Below, one piece after another: positions 55,271 to 63,994 of a stretch of 64,000 nt of DNA (its first letter is position 1; every line of letters starts with the position of its first letter). The translations under genes were made by a program, and so were the position numbers. The notes under the pieces are model-generated. The model was given only the letters and a program-made list of their open reading frames with translations. It did no database searches and was not told the origin of the DNA. Source of the DNA: a bacterium (GTDB lineage: Bacteria; Patescibacteriota; Minisyncoccia; UBA6257; WO2-44-18); the NCBI GenBank assembly GCA_030646995.1, contig JAUSKF010000002.1:76092-140091 (forward strand), in the 5' to 3' direction.

Positions 55271-55411
55271 ATCGCTCGGGGGACTCTCTAGACAACTCAT
55301 CGCTTCCGACCAACAACTCTTCAACTTGCACATAACTCACCTCATTTTTAATGAACAAATCCAGTATAGTCAGTTGCTCGTTAATAGCAAATATTGTATC
55401 GTTTCCTCATT

Positions 55412-55484
55412 GGTCTCATCGTCTAGTTGGTCAGGACATACGGTTCTCATCCGTAAAACATGGGTTCGAATCCCATTGGGACCA
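55412..55484 (+). tRNA. tRNA-Glu (anticodon CUC), CCA not encoded
   Basis: Cloverleaf with acceptor GGTCTCA/TGGGACC, D arm TCGTCTAGTTGGTCAGGAC, loop TTCTCAT, T arm ATGGGTTCGAATCCCAT. Confidence 0.8.
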
Positions 55485-55649
55485 CAAAACTCAAAATAAA
55501 TCTGGGATTCGAACCCAGCAGCACACCGTGTTGGAAGGCGCTCGGAAACCAGAAGGTGTCCGAGACGGGGGTCGGGGTGCTGCGATAGTGGTTCGGCAAA
55601 CATTAGGCGGCAGCCTCAATGCGCAGCGAAAATCCCATTGGGACCACCA
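55485..55649 (+). ncRNA. structured GC-rich segment ending in a 17-nt duplicate of the tRNA-Glu 3' end plus templated CCA (AATCCCATTGGGACCAC-CA)
   Basis: 7-bp helix GCAGCAC/GTGCTGC enclosing hairpin CTCGGA..TCCGAG; T-arm-like TGGGATTCGAACCCA on the opposite strand. Confidence 0.45.
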
Positions 55650-55652
55650 AAA

Positions 55653-56615
55653 TTACGAGATCAACTTCTTCAACTCTTCCACCATCGGAACATTTTCCGG
55701 GTCAGCTCCGTATGCTTCAGCTAGGTAAAAAGCGGTCCAATCCGCCAAAAGAGTGCTGGAGAATATTTTCTCCCAAACATTACCGCCGGTCATTTCAATT
55801 TCTTCAACACCAAATCCCCTGTCCCGATAAAGCTTAGCGGTCACTGCCATCCGCTTTCCGATGCGCGGATGATCTTCTGAATCGCGCAGGAAAATAAAAT
55901 GGAAATTTTCCGCGATTGGTTTTGCTTTTGGCGCGCAATCAAAGCCGGTCATTTCGTTGTGATTCAATTCCGGAAACCGGTTGGCGAACGCCGGAATTTT
56001 CGCCGTTTCGTTAAATTTTATTTTCCAATTATAAGCGACGGGCATATTCACCCGCGAAGTATAAATAACCGGAACTTTTCCCACCAACTTCTCCGCCAGC
56101 TTCTTTCCGGCAACTTCGGACGGCTTGGTATTCAATTTCGCCACGGCGGCGATCTCTTTCAACGCCTCATCCATCCCCAATAGCGCCAAAATCGCCTTTA
56201 TGCTGAAGCCCGTAGCCATTCTGGGCTGGATACCGTCCGCCGGCAATTCAACGTAAGGCAAACCTAACTCCTTCGCTTTCGCCAGCAACTTCCCTCCCGC
56301 GGCCACCACTGCAACCGCCAAGCCAAATTCTGTCGCCGTCTCCATAGCGCTCAAAGTTTCTTCAGTATTTCCGGAGTAAGAACTGGCGATCACCAAAGTG
56401 CGGCTCAAATCGGCTTCAGCAATTTCCGGCAGGCCATAATCGCGATGGATCACCAGGTCCAGCAATGGATTCCAAACTTTCAAAAGATCCGCTCCCAAAC
56501 TGGAACCGCCCATTCCGGCAACTACAAATTTGCTGTATTGATGCAGTAAATCTTCGTTCTCTATTTTCGGCGCCCAAGCAAACTGCTTGGGGAAATTTTG
56601 GATCGCTTCTTTCAT
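55653..56615 (-). CDS. bifunctional phosphoglucose/phosphomannose isomerase (SIS-domain, archaeal-type PGI/PMI)
   Basis: SIS motif VVAGMGGSSLGADLL, two SIS halves, ~320 aa. Confidence 0.6.
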   Translation of the reverse strand: MKEAIQNFPKQFAWAPKIENEDLLHQYSKFVVAGMGGSSLGADLLKVWNPLLDLVIHRDYGLPEIAEADLSRTLVIASSYSGNTEETLSAMETATEFGLAVAVVAAGGKLLAKAKELGLPYVELPADGIQPRMATGFSIKAILALLGMDEALKEIAAVAKLNTKPSEVAGKKLAEKLVGKVPVIYTSRVNMPVAYNWKIKFNETAKIPAFANRFPELNHNEMTGFDCAPKAKPIAENFHFIFLRDSEDHPRIGKRMAVTAKLYRDRGFGVEEIEMTGGNVWEKIFSSTLLADWTAFYLAEAYGADPENVPMVEELKKLIS

Positions 56616-56629
56616 TGCCTAATTATAAC

Positions 56630-56660
56630 AAAAAGCCTCCCTCTTGCGAGGGAGGCGCTA
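56630..56660. terminator. bidirectional terminator
   Basis: GCCTCCCTC-TTGC-GAGGGAGGC. Confidence 0.65.
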
Positions 56661-56663
56661 AAG

Positions 56664-58238
56664 TTACTTCGGATTCTGATCGTCCTTCTTTTCCTGTTTT
56701 TGGTTCTTCACCATCCACTTCATCAGGTTGCCCATCATTCCTTCGTTATCGCCGCTCCCACCCCAGAAAGTGCCCTCGTTGGAAGGCATCCAGACGAAGG
56801 TGGTATTAGCCGCGATGGCCTTCGCGAACTCATAGCGAGCCAGCGATTCACCGCCTCCGAAAGCCTCGGTCATCACCTTGGTGCCGTCAGCGTCCGCCTT
56901 CTTCTTGAGGAAGATGACGTCCGCTTCAGCCGTGCCTCGGGCAACCGTGTTTTCGGCTTCCTTCTTGGCGGTCTGAAGATCAATTTCCGCCACCGCCAGC
57001 TTTTGCTTCGCCTGCGTCTCGGCAACCATCTTTGCCGTCTCGGCCTCGATCTGCTTCTTACGCTGATCGATCTTGGTCTCCTCTTCCATCCGCGCCGCGT
57101 CCGCTTTCGCCTTCTCCATCTGCTCCTTCGAGCGGAGGGTTTCCTGACGAGCGACCTCGGCTTCCCGGACCGGCTTGCGTAGTTCTTCCGGAACCTCGAT
57201 TTTCCGCACAAGGCAACGCAGAATTTCAATACCCTTCTCCACGCACACCCTCTTCATCTCTGCCAGGAAGGCGTGTTCAAACTTCTCACGACCGATGCCC
57301 TGGATGAATTCCTTGGCGCCATACTTCGATCCCTCGACTCGAGAGATCGAGCGGGTGTTCTGCACGATCACCTTACGATCCAGCGCCGCGATGTCGCCCT
57401 GATCCTGAAAAACCTTGGCGATCAGATGCTCGTTCACCTGCCACTCGACGGCCACGTCGAATTCGATCGTGAATCCGTCGTTGGAGGGGAACTCGATTGC
57501 ATCGTTAGCAGGGCCGGTCCCGTCGCTGTGAAACTCGGTCACCTGCGTCTGGGTACTCATTTGTGTGACCTGATACATGTAGGGGTTCATGAAGTAGGTG
57601 CCCGAACCGAGCACTTTTCCCTGAACACCTTTCTGTCCCTCGGTGGCCAGCTCCTGATCTTCTGGCGTTTTCTCACCAGACTTGGCAGTCACCACGCCCA
57701 CGAAGCCGGCGGGAATCTTGATCGAGTCCACCTTCTCCAGCTTGTACATCGTCGGATGGACACGATACCTGCCGGGGCCAAGCACCTGGGCCAACGGGCC
57801 CTGATAGTCGCTTTCCGGCAGACCGAATTCATTGGCCTTCTTTACCGGGGCCACGACCATTCCATTGGGCATCGTAGCTCCGAAACGCTGGTGCAAGACG
57901 CCGATCTGTCCTTCCGAGATCTCTTCCATCTTCACCGCTTCGGCTCTCCGACCCCAACGGAAGTAAAGAGTAAAGCCCTGTGAATGGATCTCTTGGGTCG
58001 GGCCGCGCTGGCCCGCCTGAGCCAGGTTCTGGCCCGCCGGCAAGCTCTCTCCGAACCGATTTACGAAGTAGTAGAACTCATCCTGATCGGGAAGGAGCCA
58101 GCCGACCGGACTCGCGACCACGAGGATCAGGAGCAGGCCAAGCAGGGTTCCACCGAAAACAGCAAGCTTCTTCTGCAATGAGGTCACTGCAATCTCCTTG
58201 AAAAGAACGGCTTCTGCGCGATTAACCCATCGCGCCAT
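56664..58238 (-). CDS. SPFH/band-7 (flotillin/YqiK-like) membrane protein with long coiled-coil C-terminus
   Basis: N-terminal TM, SPFH core, Ala/Glu/Lys-rich coiled coil; start set at MARWVNR. GC-rich alternative-frame ORFs inside are judged spurious. Confidence 0.75.
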   Translation of the reverse strand: MARWVNRAEAVLFKEIAVTSLQKKLAVFGGTLLGLLLILVVASPVGWLLPDQDEFYYFVNRFGESLPAGQNLAQAGQRGPTQEIHSQGFTLYFRWGRRAEAVKMEEISEGQIGVLHQRFGATMPNGMVVAPVKKANEFGLPESDYQGPLAQVLGPGRYRVHPTMYKLEKVDSIKIPAGFVGVVTAKSGEKTPEDQELATEGQKGVQGKVLGSGTYFMNPYMYQVTQMSTQTQVTEFHSDGTGPANDAIEFPSNDGFTIEFDVAVEWQVNEHLIAKVFQDQGDIAALDRKVIVQNTRSISRVEGSKYGAKEFIQGIGREKFEHAFLAEMKRVCVEKGIEILRCLVRKIEVPEELRKPVREAEVARQETLRSKEQMEKAKADAARMEEETKIDQRKKQIEAETAKMVAETQAKQKLAVAEIDLQTAKKEAENTVARGTAEADVIFLKKKADADGTKVMTEAFGGGESLARYEFAKAIAANTTFVWMPSNEGTFWGGSGDNEGMMGNLMKWMVKNQKQEKKDDQNPK

Positions 58239-58242
58239 CGGG

Positions 58243-58262
58243 TTGTCCCGCAAACGGGACAA
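58243..58262. promoter_or_regulatory. perfect palindrome TTGTCCCG-CAAA-CGGGACAA 4 nt upstream of the SPFH start codon
   Basis: Seen directly. Confidence 0.4.
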
Positions 58263-58298
58263 TGGCAATAAAGTAGCAAGAAATCTTATTAAAGTCAA

Positions 58299-58439
58299 GG
58301 GCTCCGGCCAATAGCCCCTCGGAAACGGCATAATTTGCTTCCAGCGAGCAAATTTGCCTCTCCCTCGCTTCGCCACTTTAGATAAGACCAAGCTGGCGAA
58401 GCTCCGGCATGTTCCTCGAAGCTATTGGCCTGCGCTTTG
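58299..58439 (+). repeat. 141-bp full-length member of the structured repeat family, in the divergent SPFH / membrane-protein promoter region
   Basis: Shares both ~50-bp arms with 21179-21327. Central hairpin differs in sequence but keeps pairing. End pairing GGCCAATAGC/GCTATTGGCC covaries with GGGAATAG/CTATTCCC of the other copies. Confidence 0.7.
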
Positions 58440-58458
58440 TTATAATTAAGCGATACCG

Positions 58459-59994
58459 ATGAAAAAAATTAGCGCCGCTTTGTTAATTTTAGGAGCTTTA
58501 GCGGTTTTTTGGCATTTTGTATCGCCGAACATACCCGATCTGGATAGTTTTTTTTATCTCGGAAAGGCCTTATTGATGCGAGAGCAGGGTTTGGCGGAAG
58601 CAACCTTCCCATGGGCCCAGCTGTCGGTCATTAAAGAAACTTCATCTTCCTTATGGTTCGGCTTCAGCTTATTGATGCTCCCCTTTTCTTTTTTGCCGTC
58701 ACCCTCTCTGGCGATTAAAATATTCGGAATCTTGGTCACCCTTTTCGCCTTGGGGTCGTGCTATTTCGTGGCGCGGCGGCATCAATTCCACTGGCCGATC
58801 TTTTGGCCGCTCCTGATGTTTTTTTCCGCGCCTAATGTCACGGCGCAGCTCCTGATGGTCCGCCCGCAAACTCTGACAGTCGGCCTCGGTTTGCTTTTGC
58901 TGTCGTTTCTGATCCGTGGCGGCTGGATGCCGGTCTTTATAGTTTCCTTTTTCATCTCTTGGATTCATTTAAATTTTTCCTGGATAGCCATCGCTATTTT
59001 GGGCATAGTAATAGTTGGCCGAATAATTATTGATAGAAAAGTAGAATGGCTGAAAATCATCGCGGTACCCGCGGCTTTATTGCTTGGCTGGGTAGCCCGC
59101 CCGAATCCGATCGGCGCCGCAAAACTTTTTTATATCCAGGTAGTCCAACAAATATTAGAGAAGCAAAGTGGGCTTCCCCTTCTTTTTGGCACCGAAAACC
59201 TTCCCCTTGGTTCAGCGACGCTCTTCCGTAACTTTTCGCCATTCCTGGCCATCTGGATATTCGCCGGTCTAATGCTCGCTTGGTGGATAATCAAAAAACA
59301 GCTAGTGGATAAACAAAAAATTCTGATTGCCTCGTCGTCAGTCTTCTTGTCATTGGTGTTTTTCTCGTTAAGCATCCTGATAGCGCGCCGGAGTTATAAT
59401 TTCTGGATTGCATTTGGAGTTCTGGCCATCGCCCTAGCCTTCAGTTGGATATTAGATTTAGCCAGGCAACGTTATGATTTAAAACCCCTAAAAGACTGGG
59501 CAGCCGGAATTGCTGTCTTCTCTTTAATATTTCTGACCTTCTTCTCCGGGTTAAAAACTCTGAATAGTCTGGCGAAAAGCTACCCGCCGGACCTAATGAA
59601 AGAATCTGCGGAATGGCTGGCAAAAAATTCCCAACCCGGAGATTTAGTGTTCAATCTGCATTGGAGCCATTTTTCTCCTTTATTTCTCTGGAATCGCTCT
59701 AATTATTACATCGGGGGGCTGGATCCAATTTTCCAATACCGCTACAACCCCGAACTTTACTGGCTTTTCCACTATCCGTCAGCCGGCATAAGCACCTCCG
59801 TGACCTGCCGATACCTAGAATGCACCAATGACTCAGTAGAAAGCACCTATTCTGCTCTGAAAAACGACTTTCGCGCGAAATATATTCTGGTCAGCAAGCC
59901 GCACAATCCAAACTTCAATAAATTCGCGGCCTCCGACCCAAGATTTGAAAAGGTGTTTGAGGCTGTCAATGAAGTCGTTTATCTAATAAAATGA
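58459..59994 (+). CDS. large polytopic membrane protein, paralog A (candidate GT-C-fold glycosyltransferase)
   Basis: ~10 TM + C-terminal soluble domain; D-x-D-S-F-F/Y motif in first extracytoplasmic loop (IPDLDSFFY); paralog of 60014-61579. Confidence 0.5.
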   Translation: MKKISAALLILGALAVFWHFVSPNIPDLDSFFYLGKALLMREQGLAEATFPWAQLSVIKETSSSLWFGFSLLMLPFSFLPSPSLAIKIFGILVTLFALGSCYFVARRHQFHWPIFWPLLMFFSAPNVTAQLLMVRPQTLTVGLGLLLLSFLIRGGWMPVFIVSFFISWIHLNFSWIAIAILGIVIVGRIIIDRKVEWLKIIAVPAALLLGWVARPNPIGAAKLFYIQVVQQILEKQSGLPLLFGTENLPLGSATLFRNFSPFLAIWIFAGLMLAWWIIKKQLVDKQKILIASSSVFLSLVFFSLSILIARRSYNFWIAFGVLAIALAFSWILDLARQRYDLKPLKDWAAGIAVFSLIFLTFFSGLKTLNSLAKSYPPDLMKESAEWLAKNSQPGDLVFNLHWSHFSPLFLWNRSNYYIGGLDPIFQYRYNPELYWLFHYPSAGISTSVTCRYLECTNDSVESTYSALKNDFRAKYILVSKPHNPNFNKFAASDPRFEKVFEAVNEVVYLIK

Positions 59995-60013
59995 GAGCAT
60001 AGACACCGCTGAT

Positions 60014-61579
60014 ATGTCGCCCGAATTCAAAAAAATAATTTATTGGCTCTTGCCCCTGGTCTTAATAGTCAGCTTCGCTTTTTTTATTCACGGAAGACTG
60101 GTTAATTTCTCCGATGCGGACAGTTTTTATCACATCCGTCATTCCTGGGTCTACCGCACGACGGGACTGTTTAATACTTCTTTTCCCTGGGTGCAATATT
60201 CGGTAATCAATCAGTACGCCGCGGATATTTGGTACGGCTTCCATATGCTGATTCTACCCTTCACTTATTTCCAAAATCTGACGGATGGAATCAACTGGGG
60301 AGCTTTGTTTGTGACCACGATTGCCGCCTCGCTTTTCTTTTTATCGCTTCTTAAGCTAAAAATACGCTGGCCCCTGCTCTGGCTGGGTGTATTTTTATTT
60401 GCCTCTGCGGATCTTCTGTATCGGATAACTATGCTCCGTCCCCATCCCCTCTCCCTTGGATTAAGTATGCTGCTGTTTGCCTATCTCTCCACAAAAGAAA
60501 CCAGCCGGTCCCGCTGGGTGATTTTCTTTCTTGCCGCCGGCCTATCTTGGCTCCATCTTTCTTTGAGCTGGATGGGCCTGCTGATAGTCGGAGTAGTTTC
60601 TATGATTGAATTCATACAACAACGAAAAATATCCATCTGGAAATATCTTACCGTGATTCTGGGACTACTGACTGGTCTGATTCTGCGACCAAATCCGATA
60701 GGTGCCACCAAGCTGGCCTATATTCAGGTGGTAAAATTGCTCTTTGAAAAACAAGGCGATGCACCTCTCCGATTTGGACGCGAGCTTACTCCGTTTGTAT
60801 GGGAAAATTTTGCCGACCAGCTTGTGCCCATCGCTATCCTAATCTTGATCGCCGTCGGATTCGTTATTTGGCTAATCGCGACTAAAAAATGGCGGGCTGT
60901 CCCTATTGATTTCCGCTCCCCGATCATCTCCAGCCTCGCGTTGGAAATAATTTTTTTCCTGCTGACTTTCGGGGTGGCTCGCCGCTCCAATGAAATTTTC
61001 ATCGGTTTCGCGGTTTTGTTTGTGGGATTGACCTTCTCGCAAGTAAAAATTTGGATATCAAAATATGAATGGCAGCACTACGCGCTCGGCATCGCGATTT
61101 TTATCGCCCTGATCTATATGCCATTTAAAACAATGTACCGCTTTGACACTTACATGGCCGGCACTTTCCCAGTTGACCGCTTCAAAGAAGTGACGGACTG
61201 GCTGAAAGCAAACACGCAGCCGGAAGAAATAGTTTTCAACATCCACTGGGACCGCTTTGCTCAACTGTTCTATCACGACCAGCATAATTATTTCATTAAT
61301 GGCATGGATCCGATTTTTGAATATGCGTATGACCCGAGTTTATATTGGAAAACGCATTTCCTTGCGATTGATGCCGCTACTTCACATACTTGTGGCAAGG
61401 TGCGTTGCACAGCGGAAGAAGTGGAACCGATCGCTCAAGTCTTGAAAAAAGACTTCAAAGCGTCGTATATTCTAGTAGAAAAGCAACGTAGCCCAAAATT
61501 ATCCGCATATCTGAACAGCGCTCCGGAATTTAATAAGGTTCTGGACACCGACCAAGACGCCCTCTATAAAATATTGTGA
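60014..61579 (+). CDS. large polytopic membrane protein, paralog B (candidate GT-C-fold glycosyltransferase)
   Basis: Same architecture; SDADSFYH loop motif; conserved C-terminal block NIHWDRF...GMDPIFEYAYDPSLYW matches paralog A. Confidence 0.5.
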   Translation: MSPEFKKIIYWLLPLVLIVSFAFFIHGRLVNFSDADSFYHIRHSWVYRTTGLFNTSFPWVQYSVINQYAADIWYGFHMLILPFTYFQNLTDGINWGALFVTTIAASLFFLSLLKLKIRWPLLWLGVFLFASADLLYRITMLRPHPLSLGLSMLLFAYLSTKETSRSRWVIFFLAAGLSWLHLSLSWMGLLIVGVVSMIEFIQQRKISIWKYLTVILGLLTGLILRPNPIGATKLAYIQVVKLLFEKQGDAPLRFGRELTPFVWENFADQLVPIAILILIAVGFVIWLIATKKWRAVPIDFRSPIISSLALEIIFFLLTFGVARRSNEIFIGFAVLFVGLTFSQVKIWISKYEWQHYALGIAIFIALIYMPFKTMYRFDTYMAGTFPVDRFKEVTDWLKANTQPEEIVFNIHWDRFAQLFYHDQHNYFINGMDPIFEYAYDPSLYWKTHFLAIDAATSHTCGKVRCTAEEVEPIAQVLKKDFKASYILVEKQRSPKLSAYLNSAPEFNKVLDTDQDALYKIL

Positions 61580-62280
61580 ATAAAGAAATGAAATTTTCCG
61601 TAATCATCCCCGCCTACAACGAAAAGGACACGCTTCCGGTTATTTTAGAGCGCGTCCAGAAGCAGAAACCAACTGAAATAATTATTGTTGATGATGCCTC
61701 CACCGATGGCACGGAGGAATTCCTGAAGACTTATCAGGCTAAAAACGTAAAAATTATCCGCCATCAACAAAACTCCGGCAAAGGAGCGGCGGTACACACG
61801 GGCATCAAAAATGCCACACAGGAAGTAATTTTGATACAGGATGCTGATTTGGAATACGACCCGGAAGAATACGAGAAATTACTCAACCCGATTGAAAGCG
61901 GGCTGGCAGATGTAGTTTATGGCTCACGCTTCATCGGCTCTTCTCCGCACCGCGTAATGCTTTTCTGGCATTTCACCGGAAATAGATTCTTAACCCTACT
62001 CTGCAATATCGCCGCCAACTTGAATCTCACCGATATGGAAACGGGCTTTAAAGCTTTCCGAAAAAAAGCTCTGGACTCCATAACTCTTGAAGAAACTGAT
62101 TTCGGATTTGAGCCGGAAGTCACGATTAAACTGGCGAAAAGGGGCTGGAAATTCTATGAAGTAGGAATTTCCTATCACGGCCGGGATTACGATCAAGGGA
62201 AAAAGATCCGTTGGACTGATGGCCTAAAGGCGATTGGTATCATTTTAAAACACTGGCTCAATCCCAGCGCTCAAAAATAA
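61576..62280 (+). CDS. family 2 glycosyltransferase, polyprenol-phosphate hexosyltransferase type (DPM1/GtrB/ArnC-like)
   Basis: SVIIPAYNE, IIVDDASTDGT, QDADLEYDPEE (DxD) motifs; overlaps previous gene by 4 nt. Confidence 0.75.
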   Translation: MNKEMKFSVIIPAYNEKDTLPVILERVQKQKPTEIIIVDDASTDGTEEFLKTYQAKNVKIIRHQQNSGKGAAVHTGIKNATQEVILIQDADLEYDPEEYEKLLNPIESGLADVVYGSRFIGSSPHRVMLFWHFTGNRFLTLLCNIAANLNLTDMETGFKAFRKKALDSITLEETDFGFEPEVTIKLAKRGWKFYEVGISYHGRDYDQGKKIRWTDGLKAIGIILKHWLNPSAQK

Positions 62281-62283
62281 CAA

Positions 62284-62318
62284 ACAAAAATCCCGCGACA
62301 CAAACGCGGGATTTTTGA
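62284..62318. terminator. bidirectional terminator between GT2 and pilin genes
   Basis: ATCCCGCG-ACACAAA-CGCGGGAT + TTTTT. Confidence 0.65.
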
Positions 62319-62335
62319 TTGCTATCGCTACCGAA

Positions 62336-62794
62336 CTAGCGGGAAACGGAAAGTGAAGTGGAGGCTTGTCCGGAAATTGTTTCTCCGTATTTTCCTTCCA
62401 CAGTAACTCGCCCAGCGTTATTCGCGATATCGTAATTAGTATCGTAATCGGTGCCACTAGTGAATGAACCGGCCGAAGGATCAAATGGCAAGCTGGTCAT
62501 ATAGGTAGGCACGAGACACTCATAGATGTCATATCCGCCGGTAGACTGCATCGTAGTAGTCGCAGTCGGAAGCGCAGCGCAATCGCCGGAGGTCTCCCAA
62601 ACACCGCGGTTATCAGCCAAGCGCTGGCCAACCGCGTTCAAGATGGCGTTGATGTTGGCGGAGCGTTGAGTGTTCCGAGCCTGGGCAAATTGCCGAGCCG
62701 GGTTCAAAGCTACGATAACTACTCCAGCCAAGATCGCGATAATGCCGATAACAACCAACAATTCGATCAAAGTAAAACCTTTTTTGTTTTTCAT
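62336..62794 (-). CDS. type IV pilin (prepilin with N-terminal cleavage/methylation motif)
   Basis: MKNKKGFTLIELLVVIGIIAILAG class III signal peptide; C-terminal Cys pair; start set at internal Met. Confidence 0.7.
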   Translation of the reverse strand: MKNKKGFTLIELLVVIGIIAILAGVVIVALNPARQFAQARNTQRSANINAILNAVGQRLADNRGVWETSGDCAALPTATTTMQSTGGYDIYECLVPTYMTSLPFDPSAGSFTSGTDYDTNYDIANNAGRVTVEGKYGETISGQASTSLSVSR

Positions 62795-62851
62795 AGTAAA
62801 TAATGTAATTTTCACGACCTTTCTTGATACACAATCACTTCAATTATTATA

Positions 62852-63253
62852 TCAAAGAGTAGGTAATTCTTCGAGGGAGACTGTGGATAAGCTAGTAGAA
62901 TTGACGGTTAGCTTCAAATTCGTAGTTGCTCCGTTGATGATAGCCTTGGCTTGAATTATTTTATTAGGCGCCGAAGTGGTAATTGCAGACAGCGTGCAGG
63001 CCCTGGAAGAGATCATCAAAGTTTCATTTCCGGTATAAGAAGATGAATCTGCCAACTTTAATAGCGCTTCGTTAAGGCAGGATCGGGCAATAAAATAACT
63101 CAACTGCTTATTGCCGAAATCAGCAACATTGAGCCGTGTAAATAGACTGGAAGACCCGAGTGATATTGCCACTACCATAAGCACCAGGGAAAGAACGATT
63201 GAGGACATTATTGCGATATACCCACCTCTGGGATTTTTTCTATTCATAATCAT
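62852..63253 (-). CDS. pilin-like / minor pseudopilin candidate
   Basis: Basic N-terminus then hydrophobic helix (GGYIAIMSSIVLSLVLMVVAISL), Ser/Thr-rich; degenerate prepilin motif. Confidence 0.35.
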   Translation of the reverse strand: MIMNRKNPRGGYIAIMSSIVLSLVLMVVAISLGSSSLFTRLNVADFGNKQLSYFIARSCLNEALLKLADSSSYTGNETLMISSRACTLSAITTSAPNKIIQAKAIINGATTNLKLTVNSTSLSTVSLEELPTL

Positions 63254-63771
63254 TTAGTGAGTATTACCGTGTTTAAATCAATTGAAGTGGAAGCAAAGGC
63301 GTTATACATCGTCCCGCTAATCTGGATTGCCGGGCGACCCGAGAAATCATAATTATGGAACTCCAGATTCTGAACCACAACATATTCATTAGTGATTGGA
63401 TTGGCTGCGTTACTTCCCAATTTTAATGTGACAACTCCATTGTTCACTGCCACTATCACCGGATTATTGACGTAGCTAAGTTTATTTACCGACAAGCTGG
63501 TGGTTGTAGCCCCGGTGGATGGGGAATTAATCGCGGACAAGTTCTGAAGAACCCAGTAGATTTTCTGTTCAAAAAATTTTTTATTCTCCGCCACCTCTTT
63601 GTGATGTCGTATTGTATCGGCAGAATCAATTAACTGATAGGAAGCGAAAATCGAAAAAGTAATCATGCCCGTTACGATAGCGGCATAAATTAAAATTTCT
63701 ATTAGCGTGAAAGCTTGCTCGCCTATGGAGAGCCGCTTATTGCCCCGCTGTGATAATTCTAAGCGCATCAT
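63250..63771 (-). CDS. prepilin-type N-terminal cleavage/methylation domain protein (minor pilin)
   Basis: GEQAFTLIEILIYAAIV motif; start at internal Met uncertain. Confidence 0.55.
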   Translation of the reverse strand: MMRLELSQRGNKRLSIGEQAFTLIEILIYAAIVTGMITFSIFASYQLIDSADTIRHHKEVAENKKFFEQKIYWVLQNLSAINSPSTGATTTSLSVNKLSYVNNPVIVAVNNGVVTLKLGSNAANPITNEYVVVQNLEFHNYDFSGRPAIQISGTMYNAFASTSIDLNTVILTK

Positions 63772-63994
63772 TGCTTCGCACAGACATAAATACCATATTA
63801 TCAGCATAATCGATTCCCGTGCCGACCTGCGGGAAATTCAAAGAGGCATATTCGGTCATGGCGTCGGGGTTAGCCACGTTAACCACAAGAAATTCTTTGC
63901 CGGTGTTCGTAGTAGATAGAAAAGCCAAATCTCCAGTCGCACACACGATATCATTCACCTCTCCGCCAACGTTTAACCGGTCGCGGACATACAT
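63737..63994 (-). CDS. hypothetical protein, N-terminal part outside the window
   Basis: ORF running off the window edge; overlaps the upstream gene start region. Confidence 0.3.
   Translation of the reverse strand: MYVRDRLNVGGEVNDIVCATGDLAFLSTTNTGKEFLVVNVANPDAMTEYASLNFPQVGTGIDYADNMVFMSVRSNDALRIITAGQ

Noticed and set aside
55500-55600. Minus-strand tRNA suggested by a T-arm-like TGGGATTCGAACCCA
   Set aside because: No acceptor stem pairs after the T-arm (AT-rich ATTTATT follows) and no D or anticodon arm can be placed. Treated as a tRNA-derived fragment within the structured spacer, not as a gene.
56873-58201. Several 60-240-aa ORFs in alternative frames inside the SPFH gene
   Set aside because: Arg/Pro/Ser-rich low-complexity translations typical of off-frame reading of GC-rich coiled-coil coding DNA. 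The SPFH reading frame has clear family signatures.
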